Under the pieces are notes generated by a model. It had not been told where the DNA came from and ran no database searches. It was given only the letters and a program-made list of their open reading frames with translations. Position numbers and translations under genes: made by a program. From positions 1-42,522 of IMG/VR virus record IMGVR_UViG_3300022867_000024: a stretch of 42,522 bases of DNA. One strand, given 5' to 3'. This DNA is from a virus (lineage: Duplodnaviria > Caudoviricetes). Shown one piece after another: positions 1-9,722 of this stretch (position 1 is its first letter; the number at the start of each line of letters is the position of its first letter).

Positions 1-127
1 ATTAGTTCCACCACAGCTTTTAGGTATAATATGATGAACTTCTTTATATCCTTCTAATGTTCTGTTTTTAGCTTTAGCTATAATATTATCATGCCAAGTT
101 TTATACTTATTGTTTATAAAAATATCT
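1..127. repeat. Exact 127-bp duplicate of 40906-41032
   Basis: Direct comparison; match continues with 2 mismatches to 147/41052. Confidence 0.95.
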
Positions 128-144
128 TTTCCTATATAAGCCAT
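1..144 (-). CDS. N-terminal part of the HNH endonuclease (second copy of the 40201-41049 gene start; runs off the window)
   Basis: Reads MAYIGKDIFINNKYKTWHDNII...; 1-127 is identical to 40906-41032. Confidence 0.85.
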   Translation of the reverse strand, partial: MAYIGKDIFINNKYKTWHDNIIAKAKNRTLEGYKEVHHIIPKSCGGTN

Positions 145-443
145 TATGAATTATCCTTTGGATATTTGTCTTTAGTTATTTTAATAGTTGCTTTCCAAGC
201 GTCAATTCCATTGTGGTAGATGTCGTCTAATTGGTCTGCAATAGATGGATATTCTAAAACTCTATCTCTTTGATATTCTTTAGCATCATAGTCAGCTTGT
301 ATCTCTACCATTTTAGCTTCTATGTCAGCTTTAGATATTGGGGTTGTTCCATTATGCCAAGTAATTTCACAAGTGTTAATATCTGTACCTTTTACAACTA
401 CTTTTGCATTAGGATTTATTTTAAGTATTGCTTCTGAAATCAT
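144..443 (-). CDS. Putative tail-fibre assembly chaperone (cassette allele A)
   Basis: 99 aa with C-terminal R..EYPSIADQLD.IYH...W...I..TKDKYPK, similar to 38096-38425; follows a fibre-like gene. Confidence 0.55.
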   Translation of the reverse strand: MISEAILKINPNAKVVVKGTDINTCEITWHNGTTPISKADIEAKMVEIQADYDAKEYQRDRVLEYPSIADQLDDIYHNGIDAWKATIKITKDKYPKDNS

Positions 444-1072
444 TATTCTGCTATCTCCATTAAAGTTATTGTTGACATTGAAGTTCCATCATTAATCCTA
501 ACAACTCCACCAGGTGTATATGGACACTTAAATTGAATTTTATATGTAATTGCACTTGTGCTTAATGGAGAATCTAAATAAGAAATACTGGCAGAACCCA
601 CTGAAACTGTTGAGTTACTTCCAGACGGCGCACTATTTGCAACTTGTGTAGTACCAGATGAATGAACTACCTCAACTCTACCAAATGCACCATTTGTAGA
701 ACTGTAAAGACCATTTGCATGAGCAACAAATAAAATTTTACTACTTGTACTTGATGGTGTAATAGCAGTAGTAACAATATCTGTAGCAGTTGCACTTGTT
801 GTATCAGTTTGTGTTGAGTTACTTCCTTGAATAACTTGTAAAACTTTACCACCTACTGCTGATGCTTCAAATACTGGTGGTGAACCAGCACCTGTTGATG
901 TTAATACTTGACCATCACTTCCTGTAGCAACTGCTACTGGGTTTCCACTTGCGTCATAAGTAATAAGATTTCCATCTGTACCAGATGATAATTTAGGTAA
1001 TGAAACAATACTATCTGCTATATCAGAACTTGTTAATGGTTTGTTTGCTGGTGAAGAACCTATATATGCCAT
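443..1072 (-). CDS. Tail-fibre/receptor-binding-like protein (cassette allele A)
   Basis: 209 aa, S/T/G-rich, MAYIG start, GSDGQVLTS.G and GKVLQV...ITLMEI motifs typical of marine phage fibre modules. Confidence 0.65.
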   Translation of the reverse strand: MAYIGSSPANKPLTSSDIADSIVSLPKLSSGTDGNLITYDASGNPVAVATGSDGQVLTSTGAGSPPVFEASAVGGKVLQVIQGSNSTQTDTTSATATDIVTTAITPSSTSSKILFVAHANGLYSSTNGAFGRVEVVHSSGTTQVANSAPSGSNSTVSVGSASISYLDSPLSTSAITYKIQFKCPYTPGGVVRINDGTSMSTITLMEIAE

Positions 1073-1109
1073 ATTAATCCTATGTTATTTCCATTACTGA
1101 TAATGAAGC
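1019..1109. repeat. Exact 91-bp duplicate of 42432-42522
   Basis: Direct comparison. Confidence 0.95.
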
Positions 1110-1430
1110 GTCAATTTTAGCTGCCACTGAACAGTCTATTTTTAAAACATCTGTTGCTTGAATTACAACTTTTGAACCAGATAAAACTTCTAAAGAACTT
1201 CCAGCTGGAATACTTACATCATTAACTACTTTTACAGTTTCATTTGTTTCTGTATCTACTGTAGTAGAAACTATTTGAACTGTTGCTGTTACTGCTGATG
1301 TGTGAATATTACAAAGTATTAATCCTAATACTACTGCTGTTGTACTTGTTTTTCCTGTGTATAAAGTTAATGGTGTTCCAGCACTTGTTGGCATTGCACC
1401 ATTGGTTTTTATTTTAAATGTATTTGCCAT
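1080..1430 (-). CDS. Small tail-associated protein (MANTFK type)
   Basis: 116 aa, beta-rich, between the main fibre and the variable cassette. Confidence 0.55.
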   Translation of the reverse strand: MANTFKIKTNGAMPTSAGTPLTLYTGKTSTTAVVLGLILCNIHTSAVTATVQIVSTTVDTETNETVKVVNDVSIPAGSSLEVLSGSKVVIQATDVLKIDCSVAAKIDASLSVMEIT

Positions 1431-1439
1431 ATTTTATAT

Positions 1440-2936
1440 TTATCCTAATGCGATTGCTAAAGCTGTAGGGTCTTCTCCTGTGTTTGTTATTGTTAATGTT
1501 TCGTTGCCACCATCACTATTTTCAGTAAATGAAATTCCTGTACCAGCAACTAATTTTCCGTTTAAATATCCAGCAGTTGTGTCATTAGCACTTACTAATG
1601 TTTTTACGTCTGTGTCTGTTGTAAGGGCTACCCAAGAAGTACCATTGTAATATTTTACAACATTTCCAGTTGAGTTATAAACTAAATCTCCTTCATCTAA
1701 AGATGTTAAAGGGTCTGTACTTGCAACTCTATATCTATCTGCAAAAGAATTAACTCCTGCAATATTCGTAGCAACAGTATTTACGTTGGTTACTGCTGCA
1801 GCTACTGTACCTATATTTGTATTAGCACCTGCTACTGTTGTAATATTTGCATTGTTACCTGCTACTGTATTAATGTTAGTTGCATTAGTATTGACTGCAT
1901 TTATATTTGTTGAATTAGAATTTACTGCACTAACAGCACTTGAAATACCTGCAACCGAAGTTACATCACTAGAAATCCCTGCTACTGTAGTTACATTAGA
2001 TGCAACACCTGCCACTGTCGTTACGTTAGCTGCAATATTTTCTACTGCCGATACATCACTTGAAATACCTGCAACGCTTGTAACGTCTCCTGAAATTCCT
2101 GCTACTGTCGTAGTGTTAGCCGATATTCCTGCAACTGTTGTTACGTTAGCTGAAATCCCTGCTACTGTAGTTACGTTAGCTGAATTAAGACCTACTATAT
2201 TTACGTTAGCTATGTTGTTTGCAACTGTATCAATCTCTGATGTTGCTTCGTTTAAATCGTCTGCAACTGTTTCAATTTCGCTAACTGCTTCTGCTAAATC
2301 ATTTGCAACTGCAATTACTTTTGCAATATCAGTTGCTACTGTATTTACTGAAGTTATGTTAGTTGCTACTGTGTTAATTGCTACAGTATCAGTTGCGACT
2401 TGGTTTATATTTGTTTCGTTAGAATTTACAGCATTTATATTTGCTATATTAGAATTAACTGTAGTTAGAGCAGTTTTGTTTGCTGTAGATAACCAAGTGT
2501 TTTCTAAATAGTTTTTTGATACAGCATCTTGTGCTGACGTTGGGTCTGCTACGTTTTTTAATCTTTTACTTCCTACATCATATTGAAAATCTGCATTGTC
2601 TAATGAGATTACATCATTAGCATCATCAATAGCTTCTTGTGACATGAAGAATGCTTGTTCACTATCTGTATCTAAATCATTTTCTGTAAGAACTGAACCA
2701 TCAGCATAATCTGTTAATCTTGTAGTTTGTGATGTTGTTCTTCTAATCTCAATAGCTAGAGTATCAGCAGGTGCAGTGTCGAATGTTAAAGTAGTTCCTG
2801 CTGCATTTAGTGTATATGCAGTCGATGCTGTTCCTGCAATCGTTACTGTTAAATCTGCGGTAGCCCTATAGCTGAAAGGAATAGCGAATGCGGTTGTACT
2901 AGCGTTACCTGTGTAACGTACAAAACTATTTGCCAT
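1440..2936 (-). CDS. Tail fibre protein, T7 gp17-like N-terminal anchor
   Basis: N-terminus F.IPFSY...IRRTT...DYADGSVLTENDLD...QEAID; ~10-aa NVTTVAGISA repeats; C-terminal ALAIALG. Confidence 0.85.
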   Translation of the reverse strand: MANSFVRYTGNASTTAFAIPFSYRATADLTVTIAGTASTAYTLNAAGTTLTFDTAPADTLAIEIRRTTSQTTRLTDYADGSVLTENDLDTDSEQAFFMSQEAIDDANDVISLDNADFQYDVGSKRLKNVADPTSAQDAVSKNYLENTWLSTANKTALTTVNSNIANINAVNSNETNINQVATDTVAINTVATNITSVNTVATDIAKVIAVANDLAEAVSEIETVADDLNEATSEIDTVANNIANVNIVGLNSANVTTVAGISANVTTVAGISANTTTVAGISGDVTSVAGISSDVSAVENIAANVTTVAGVASNVTTVAGISSDVTSVAGISSAVSAVNSNSTNINAVNTNATNINTVAGNNANITTVAGANTNIGTVAAAVTNVNTVATNIAGVNSFADRYRVASTDPLTSLDEGDLVYNSTGNVVKYYNGTSWVALTTDTDVKTLVSANDTTAGYLNGKLVAGTGISFTENSDGGNETLTITNTGEDPTALAIALG

Positions 2937-2969
2937 GTCTTATTATTCCTTATTTTGGGTTGAATTCTT

Positions 2970-2985
2970 CTAAAAGGGGTACTTT
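2970..2985 (-). promoter_or_regulatory. Putative phage-RNAP promoter AAAGTACCCCTTTTAG
   Basis: Recurring 16-mer AAAGTACCCnTnnTAG, here upstream of the tail fibre gene (T7 phi17 position). Confidence 0.7.
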
Positions 2986-5900
2986 ATTGAGTTAGTATCT
3001 CAATGTAGTTTTTCCTAGCATTTTTCTTTGCATTCCTAGAAATTGTTTTTCTAGCCTTCTGCATTTCTTTAATTTGAGGAAATTCTTTAAGCATTTGTTG
3101 GTTAGCTTTTGCTTCTGCTTTATGTACAAATTCTAAGATAAACTTCTGTCTTTCATCTCTCCCTGCAACTGTGCCGTCAGGTTTTTTGTAAAGTCTACTC
3201 TTAGGGTCTGCTATAGTTTTTTCAATTAACTGTTTTAGTGTTAATCTTTGACCATTATAAGAAAGTGTAACTTCTCCTGTTAACTCTCTCCATCTGTCAT
3301 AAGCAGTTTGTTCAGTAGTTGAATTTTTAATTGTTCTTAAATCTACACCAGACTTTCTATCTATTTTTGCAGGTGGTCTATAATCGAAATCTCTATTTTC
3401 ATAAAACTTTTGTAGCATCGGGTTTTCAGTTTTAGTCATAGCAAATGGTGATGACCATAAACCAGATTTACCCCCTAAACCAAACAGCCACCCATTATCT
3501 CTCTTAATAACTTCACCATACATATTACGTTTTGGCATAATACCATCTTTACCTTTAAGTGGATTTAAAGCTAACAATCTGTCATTTAATGTAAACAGTT
3601 CTTTTTGATAATCTTCTTCAACTCTCGTAGCGTATCTTAATGTACCTGATAGTGGTGTCATTTTATAAATTAACCTAGATAACACTGAAGCACTTACTTT
3701 ATCAGGAGACCTCGTAGAAACAAAATCATCACTAAAGAAAAAGTTTGCAGTTTCTATTATATTTTTCATGTAAAATTTAGAATTAAGATTTCTAAATACT
3801 GAAGTTAAAACACCCATAGATAACTCAGTCATATCTTTCTCTACTGCTTCAGGTATGTCTTCATTAGTTCTTAAAAATTTACCAACACTATCAAACAAAT
3901 CTGCCATAATAAGAAATGGCATTATTACTGGGTCTGCTCTATTTAATGAAATATATCTACCATCACTTGTTTTGTAAGAATACGGTTGCCACCCTGTAGA
4001 CATCTCTCTTTCAGCATTTTCTCTATAATCTCTTGAACCACCTCCAGTAATTTTACCTGCTGATACGAGGCTAAATGCACCTGTCCATAAGACAAAGCCC
4101 ATAGTTGCTCTAGCGTTGGCTTCTGCTGCCGCTTCAACATTTAAGTATTTACCATCTGCTCCTGTTTTTAAAGCATGTCTTGTAGATAAAACTAATCTGT
4201 TTGCAAATGGCAGATGTTCAAAATTCCATTTAATCAAGTTAGATGGAGTATTAATAAAGTGTAACCCTAATGCTCTTGTCCATTTGTGTTTACTTGTGAA
4301 AGATAAAACCCCACCTGTAATACCACCTTCTAATTTACCTGTTTCAGGGTCAATAGAATACGCAGATTGTGTATATGTACTTTCTCTAGCATATTGTAAT
4401 GGGTCATTAACTTGCAATCTATTCACGTCACTTATGTTTGTGCTAGACATGTTTGCTGTTTCTATCGCACCTCCAGAAGCAGTTTTTTGATAATCAACTT
4501 CCAGTTCTTTAAATCTTAACTTAAATTCATCATCATTGACAACACCTTTCCAAAACCCTTTACCTGTTTCTTCTCTAATTTGTGAGTTAATTTGAGATGT
4601 CATTCTTGCTTTGTAAGTCATTGTTTTAAGAAACTCATCACCTGCACTTAAAATTCTCATAGGAAAAGTTGTAGCGTAGCCTACAGGTCTAACTACATAT
4701 TTATCAAGTCCAACACCAACTGTTCCCAATCTATCTGTTAAAATTCTAGTAGTTGCTTGTAACCATCTTTGTAATTGTCCCTGTCTCATGTTGTTATCAA
4801 ACTTCATTTGCTTACTATCAAGAATACCTCTGCCCTCTGTGAAACTTCTTTTGGCTGCTAGTAGTGCATCTTTAGTATAATAAAATTGGTGAATGTAAGT
4901 ATCAATAGCTTCTTTAGCTAATGTGTTTGCTCTTTTTTTATCATTAATAGATAAGAAACCTGCTCTAAATAACATAGTTAAAGGCTTCCACTGTGTTTGA
5001 AATAGACCAGATACAATGTTAATTGCGTGTGTATCAGGAGAAGATAATAAGTTATTGTTTATAAATTCTGATGTTAAATCCCACCCATCAACTTTTCTAG
5101 CATTCTGTAATGCCATAATAACTTGGTCTGTATCGTGCAGTTTAGCTATTGCTTTATAAAATTCTTTTGGGTTTCCTACTTTTAACGTAGACATTGTAGG
5201 GTCTTCAGGGTTTATTTTTAATTCTGCTGCTCTGGTAACATCTTTGTTTACTTGCATGAACCTCATGGCTCTAGCTACATTTTTAGTAATTTCTTTTTGA
5301 TTTATTAAAGTTTCACCTGCAATGCCTTGTCTTATATTCAACTCTGCTAATATTTTCGCTTCTTCATCAGGAGTTATATCTAATACATGTAATTGATTTC
5401 CTAGTTTAATTATATCATCACTTTGTTTAGCCAATAAATCACCATGTGCTAGTATTTCAGCATATAACAATCTGTCTGCTTCTGCTCTTGATTTTCCTAG
5501 CGCTAAAACTGCATCACTATCTAAACCTAAAATTTGTGCCTGTGATATTGCATATTTTTCAGAGACAACATCATTATCTATTCGCCCCTCTTTGACCATC
5601 TGGTCTGCAAGGTTTTTTAAATGTAGTCTTATATGTTTAGGATTTTTATAATAATTTAATACTTCTTCAGGCGGTTTCCCAGTGCCAATAGTTTTTCTTA
5701 AATTGAAAATCTTTTCATCAATGGTTTTACCATTAAGTTTACTTTCGGTTGTAAGTCGTTCAACAGTGTTTTTATCAAGATTTTTATATAATGCTTTATC
5801 AGGTTTAGGTTCTGCTAAATCTTGAAACAACCTCTTGCCTGTAATCTCACTTCTTCCATATTCGTGTATATCTTTTAAATTCTTAACGGCTGTATTTTTA

Positions 5901-6724
5901 CTTCCTCTCATGCCTAGTTTAAAACCACCATAAGAAAATGCACCACCAAATACAGTCCCAAAACCATATCCTGCGGCTGTTGCTATCGCACCCCTTTTAA
6001 GACTGTAGCTATCACTTACACCTGTTTTAAGTTCTGTAAGTTGAAGCATGGTGTCATGTGCTACTGCTACTACTGCACCAATTTTACCTTCTACCATTGC
6101 CCCCTTCATCACAGCTTTTCCCATAGCTTCTTTAGAAGCCACTTTAGCTGCTTCTTCTAAGACTTCTTTGTTAATTTGACCTGCTACTCTACCTTTAATG
6201 ACTTCTGTTAAGCCTTTTCTATAAGCAACTTTTGCTGCTTGACCGCCAATACCAAACGATATTAGATTTACTGGGTCTGATATCATTGCTCCACCATTAT
6301 CAACTAACCATTCACCGAAACTCCTATTAGGGTCGTTCCAAAATGAAGGTAAAGCATGATAAGTAGATGAGATATAACCTAGCTGTGCATTTCTTTCTGG
6401 CGTATCAGTGAACGCATTAGCTAAATCCAACGTCATACTACCAGTGTTATTGTTTCTCCACGACCTATCATTGTAAAAATATTCTAATAAGCTGTCATGG
6501 GACATCTCTGAAAATGTGTGCGAACCTTTAGTAGTATAAGCTGTTTCACCATCTCTATGTGTGTAATAACTTTGTAGCGTCTTATAAAATTCTTCTGTTT
6601 GTATTTCTTCTAGTGCTTCTTCTTCACTTGATACTTTTCTTAATTTGGAAATTGTTGATGATGCTGAAATCGCATCTGTTACTTTGGTTTTTTTATTTGT
6701 ACTGAAGTCTATTTTTGTAGCCAT
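2984..6724 (-). CDS. Internal virion protein D (gp16-like)
   Basis: 1246 aa; size and synteny with T7-like ejection proteins. Confidence 0.7.
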   Translation of the reverse strand: MATKIDFSTNKKTKVTDAISASSTISKLRKVSSEEEALEEIQTEEFYKTLQSYYTHRDGETAYTTKGSHTFSEMSHDSLLEYFYNDRSWRNNNTGSMTLDLANAFTDTPERNAQLGYISSTYHALPSFWNDPNRSFGEWLVDNGGAMISDPVNLISFGIGGQAAKVAYRKGLTEVIKGRVAGQINKEVLEEAAKVASKEAMGKAVMKGAMVEGKIGAVVAVAHDTMLQLTELKTGVSDSYSLKRGAIATAAGYGFGTVFGGAFSYGGFKLGMRGSKNTAVKNLKDIHEYGRSEITGKRLFQDLAEPKPDKALYKNLDKNTVERLTTESKLNGKTIDEKIFNLRKTIGTGKPPEEVLNYYKNPKHIRLHLKNLADQMVKEGRIDNDVVSEKYAISQAQILGLDSDAVLALGKSRAEADRLLYAEILAHGDLLAKQSDDIIKLGNQLHVLDITPDEEAKILAELNIRQGIAGETLINQKEITKNVARAMRFMQVNKDVTRAAELKINPEDPTMSTLKVGNPKEFYKAIAKLHDTDQVIMALQNARKVDGWDLTSEFINNNLLSSPDTHAINIVSGLFQTQWKPLTMLFRAGFLSINDKKRANTLAKEAIDTYIHQFYYTKDALLAAKRSFTEGRGILDSKQMKFDNNMRQGQLQRWLQATTRILTDRLGTVGVGLDKYVVRPVGYATTFPMRILSAGDEFLKTMTYKARMTSQINSQIREETGKGFWKGVVNDDEFKLRFKELEVDYQKTASGGAIETANMSSTNISDVNRLQVNDPLQYARESTYTQSAYSIDPETGKLEGGITGGVLSFTSKHKWTRALGLHFINTPSNLIKWNFEHLPFANRLVLSTRHALKTGADGKYLNVEAAAEANARATMGFVLWTGAFSLVSAGKITGGGSRDYRENAEREMSTGWQPYSYKTSDGRYISLNRADPVIMPFLIMADLFDSVGKFLRTNEDIPEAVEKDMTELSMGVLTSVFRNLNSKFYMKNIIETANFFFSDDFVSTRSPDKVSASVLSRLIYKMTPLSGTLRYATRVEEDYQKELFTLNDRLLALNPLKGKDGIMPKRNMYGEVIKRDNGWLFGLGGKSGLWSSPFAMTKTENPMLQKFYENRDFDYRPPAKIDRKSGVDLRTIKNSTTEQTAYDRWRELTGEVTLSYNGQRLTLKQLIEKTIADPKSRLYKKPDGTVAGRDERQKFILEFVHKAEAKANQQMLKEFPQIKEMQKARKTISRNAKKNARKNYIEILTQ

Positions 6725-6725
6725 G

Positions 6726-8741
6726 TTATCCTTCTATGTTGTAAACATTAAATAACAACTCTTGTATTTGATTTAGATTTGCCTTTTTTTCTTCATCTGT
6801 GCCTTTCATCAAACCCAATGAAGTAGTCATATTAATAAGAATAGTTCGGTAATCATCTTCACTCATAGCTGAAAGAATGTTACCATTAAATTCTGAACCT
6901 AAAATTTCTTGTATATACTTTTGAAATTTAGGGTCTCTTATTTGTTCTATAAATTTCTCTTGTGAGATAATTCCTTCAATTCTAGGAACAAGTAAGAAAT
7001 CTTGTTTTCCTGCTTTTTTAATATTTTCAGTAATTTCATTTACATACTGACTAAGAGTAACGTCTGCTAAACCATCACCTGCATCTCTTTGAAATATTAC
7101 AGTGTCATTAGTTTCTTGCTGTGCTTTAAGATTTTTTTCCTCTATTTCTTTATCAATTTCATCAAACTCATTTTGCATTTGAACTTCTGGCATATCAAGT
7201 GTTTCAGGCGCTTTAAATACATCTTCATCATTACCTGTCCATGTTCTAACTGCATAGGTTTCAATTTCAGCAATAAAATCTTTTCTCATTTTAGAAGTAA
7301 CATCAAGACCTTCAGCTTTCCATCTCAATTCTTGTTCTTCAATTTCAAAATCTACATATCTTAAAACATCAGCTTGTGCCGTCTGTGCTGTTCCAGTGCC
7401 ATCATCACTTTTAGTATATTTTTCTGTAACTTGCTTTACAATAGAGTTTTTAGTATTTACATAATGGTGGTCAGTATCTTGAATAGGTTTTAATCCGCCT
7501 GATTGATATTCTGTTTCATACCTATCCCATCTAGCATTTGCCTTTGCCCATAAATCTTGTGGTATTCTTTCGTTAACCATTTCCTTCATCATCTCTGCAT
7601 GAGTCGCAAATCCACCCATAGAAATACTTAATAAGAAATCTTGTGAACCTCTGTAATCTTTAATTTGTCTGCTTTCTGGGTCACTGTTAAAATATTCAGA
7701 AAAAGATTCTATTGTTCCTCTGTCCCCTTTACTGGCGATAGTAATTCGTTTTAGTAAATCTTGTATTTGTAAAGGAGATTTTTCTGTACCATCTTCATTA
7801 GGTGTATAGGCTTCTACCCAAACATTCTGAGTATTTTTAGCTATATTATAACTTTCATCTCTTCTTTCTTTTTGAGTGATAGCATCTCTTTTTGATACTA
7901 AGTCTGCTTTCAATTTATCTGTTTTAGTATTCTTTCTACTATTTAATGAACCAAGTTCTGTACCATCTCTGCCTTTACCTAGATTTAAAGACATAATCTT
8001 TTCTGCTCTCTCAATCTTTTCTGAAGTATCAGCACTATCAATTAGAGAGCCTACATCTTCTCTTAACGCTATCATCAGTTCTTCATTAGTATAGAATTGA
8101 GTTAACTCTGAGTTGTCGCTAGTACGAAGAGCTGTTCCAAAACCTTTCCAAACATCAACATATCTTTCTTCTAAATCTTCAGTAGGAATATTAGACAATA
8201 CTGTTCTAACATCTGAAATTTTCTTTTCCCTTGAAAGTGTTGCCCTGTTTAGAGCATCTTGTTCTGTCTGTTTAGCTTTCCAACCATTAAACTGTGAACC
8301 AAAACCTGCCATGAAAGAACTATCTTGTCCATCAAAGTCAGGAATAAACTTCTTATAAAAATCGTTTAAATTAGTAGTAGTAATGTCATAGTCATCTATG
8401 TTTTCTGTTATGGTATTAATAACTTCTGCCGCTTTAACTTTACCAGTATGAAACTGTGTAGTTGCTTCAACATATTTACCAGTTAAATCTGGGTGCTTAC
8501 CGTCAAGTATTTCTTTTTGTATAGTTTCAAGATTTTTACCACCTGCTTCCATTGCTTGTATTTTTTCAATAGCTGCATCTTTATTATTATTAATTCTGTT
8601 ATTATCTGCTCGTCCAACTACACCACTGGAATTTATTAAGGCTTTAGCTAGACCATCTGCGGAACTTCCTGACCTTACAAATCCTGCATTCCCTGCACCA
8701 TAGTATTTGTTAGTTGATTGTCTTGTATATTTTGTAGCCAT
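6726..8741 (-). CDS. Internal virion protein C (gp15-like)
   Basis: 671 aa, helical; synteny. Confidence 0.6.
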   Translation of the reverse strand: MATKYTRQSTNKYYGAGNAGFVRSGSSADGLAKALINSSGVVGRADNNRINNNKDAAIEKIQAMEAGGKNLETIQKEILDGKHPDLTGKYVEATTQFHTGKVKAAEVINTITENIDDYDITTTNLNDFYKKFIPDFDGQDSSFMAGFGSQFNGWKAKQTEQDALNRATLSREKKISDVRTVLSNIPTEDLEERYVDVWKGFGTALRTSDNSELTQFYTNEELMIALREDVGSLIDSADTSEKIERAEKIMSLNLGKGRDGTELGSLNSRKNTKTDKLKADLVSKRDAITQKERRDESYNIAKNTQNVWVEAYTPNEDGTEKSPLQIQDLLKRITIASKGDRGTIESFSEYFNSDPESRQIKDYRGSQDFLLSISMGGFATHAEMMKEMVNERIPQDLWAKANARWDRYETEYQSGGLKPIQDTDHHYVNTKNSIVKQVTEKYTKSDDGTGTAQTAQADVLRYVDFEIEEQELRWKAEGLDVTSKMRKDFIAEIETYAVRTWTGNDEDVFKAPETLDMPEVQMQNEFDEIDKEIEEKNLKAQQETNDTVIFQRDAGDGLADVTLSQYVNEITENIKKAGKQDFLLVPRIEGIISQEKFIEQIRDPKFQKYIQEILGSEFNGNILSAMSEDDYRTILINMTTSLGLMKGTDEEKKANLNQIQELLFNVYNIEG

Positions 8742-8743
8742 TA

Positions 8744-9247
8744 TTATTTCTTCGCTTTCTTATTAGTTTGAGAAGTTTGGTAACCATCATAACCAGATGA
8801 TGCTACACCAATGATTAATCCTGCTCTTGATGGTTCGGTTGGTGGAGTTAAGCTGTTATAAGTTTTAGACATGTTTGCAAAGGCTTCTGATTTTTGTTCT
8901 GCCAGTGTTGTCATGTCTTTAGAATAATCTCTGTTAATACTGTTCCAATCATCATCAAATAGTCCTCCAATAGATTGAACTATTTTTGTACTATTACCAA
9001 AACCTAAATTTAATGACTGGGCGACCTCTGCGTCTCTCGCAGTCTTTGACCTCAATTCTGCTATAGATTTTTCTTGGTCAGCATTAACTTTCTCATTATC
9101 AATCTTTTGTAAATCGTGTAAATATCCTTTATCGGCGTTTCGTCTTGTTGTCTCTTGGTCTCTTCTGATAGCTTTGTTGTCAGCTTTCGTTTGTTGATAA
9201 GAAACTACTTGTCCTGCGATAGCTAATGCGGCTTCTGGGCTACACAT
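8744..9247 (-). CDS. Internal virion protein B (gp14-like)
   Basis: 167 aa, MC.P start, coiled-coil; synteny. Confidence 0.6.
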   Translation of the reverse strand: MCSPEAALAIAGQVVSYQQTKADNKAIRRDQETTRRNADKGYLHDLQKIDNEKVNADQEKSIAELRSKTARDAEVAQSLNLGFGNSTKIVQSIGGLFDDDWNSINRDYSKDMTTLAEQKSEAFANMSKTYNSLTPPTEPSRAGLIIGVASSGYDGYQTSQTNKKAKK

Positions 9248-9722
9248 GTTTATTTACCTCTTTCATCATTAATATAAATGGCATCTTTCCAATGCCAAAA
9301 TCTCCTATTTTCTTTTTTGGTTCAAATCCTAAGAACTGTAACCATTTTAAACTTTTCCAATTTCTCTCATCTACAAAATTGTAGACATGTTCATAATCTT
9401 CACTCATCTCTGCTACCCACTTAGGACACTCTTTAATAAACTGTTTAATATGTTTAAATAAATCCTCACTAGATAGTAACCAAACTACGCCATAGCCTTC
9501 TTCTTTAGTTGGTGTAGAACCAAACATTCCAATAACACCTTCAGATTCAGAACCTACAATCGTATATATTTTTGCATTATCTTGTGTGAAAGGTATTACT
9601 AATGCCTCTAGTGGTGTTGCACCATCTGAAGCCATAATTTCTTTTCTGTCCCCTATTCGCATTTTAGGTGCTAACTCTAAAGCATCTTTTAATACTGCTT
9701 TCCGTACCTTACCTTTATCCAT
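9240..9722 (-). CDS. gp13-like GNAT-fold protein (internal virion protein A)
   Basis: D..EI.AS, VWLL, YNFVDERN...KWLQFLGF motifs; synteny. Confidence 0.7.
   Translation of the reverse strand: MDKGKVRKAVLKDALELAPKMRIGDRKEIMASDGATPLEALVIPFTQDNAKIYTIVGSESEGVIGMFGSTPTKEEGYGVVWLLSSEDLFKHIKQFIKECPKWVAEMSEDYEHVYNFVDERNWKSLKWLQFLGFEPKKKIGDFGIGKMPFILMMKEVNKHV

Noticed and set aside
1786-2511. 241-aa plus-strand ORF and other plus-strand ORFs in the track
   Set aside because: Antisense shadows of repetitive or stop-poor minus-strand genes; no RBS or motifs
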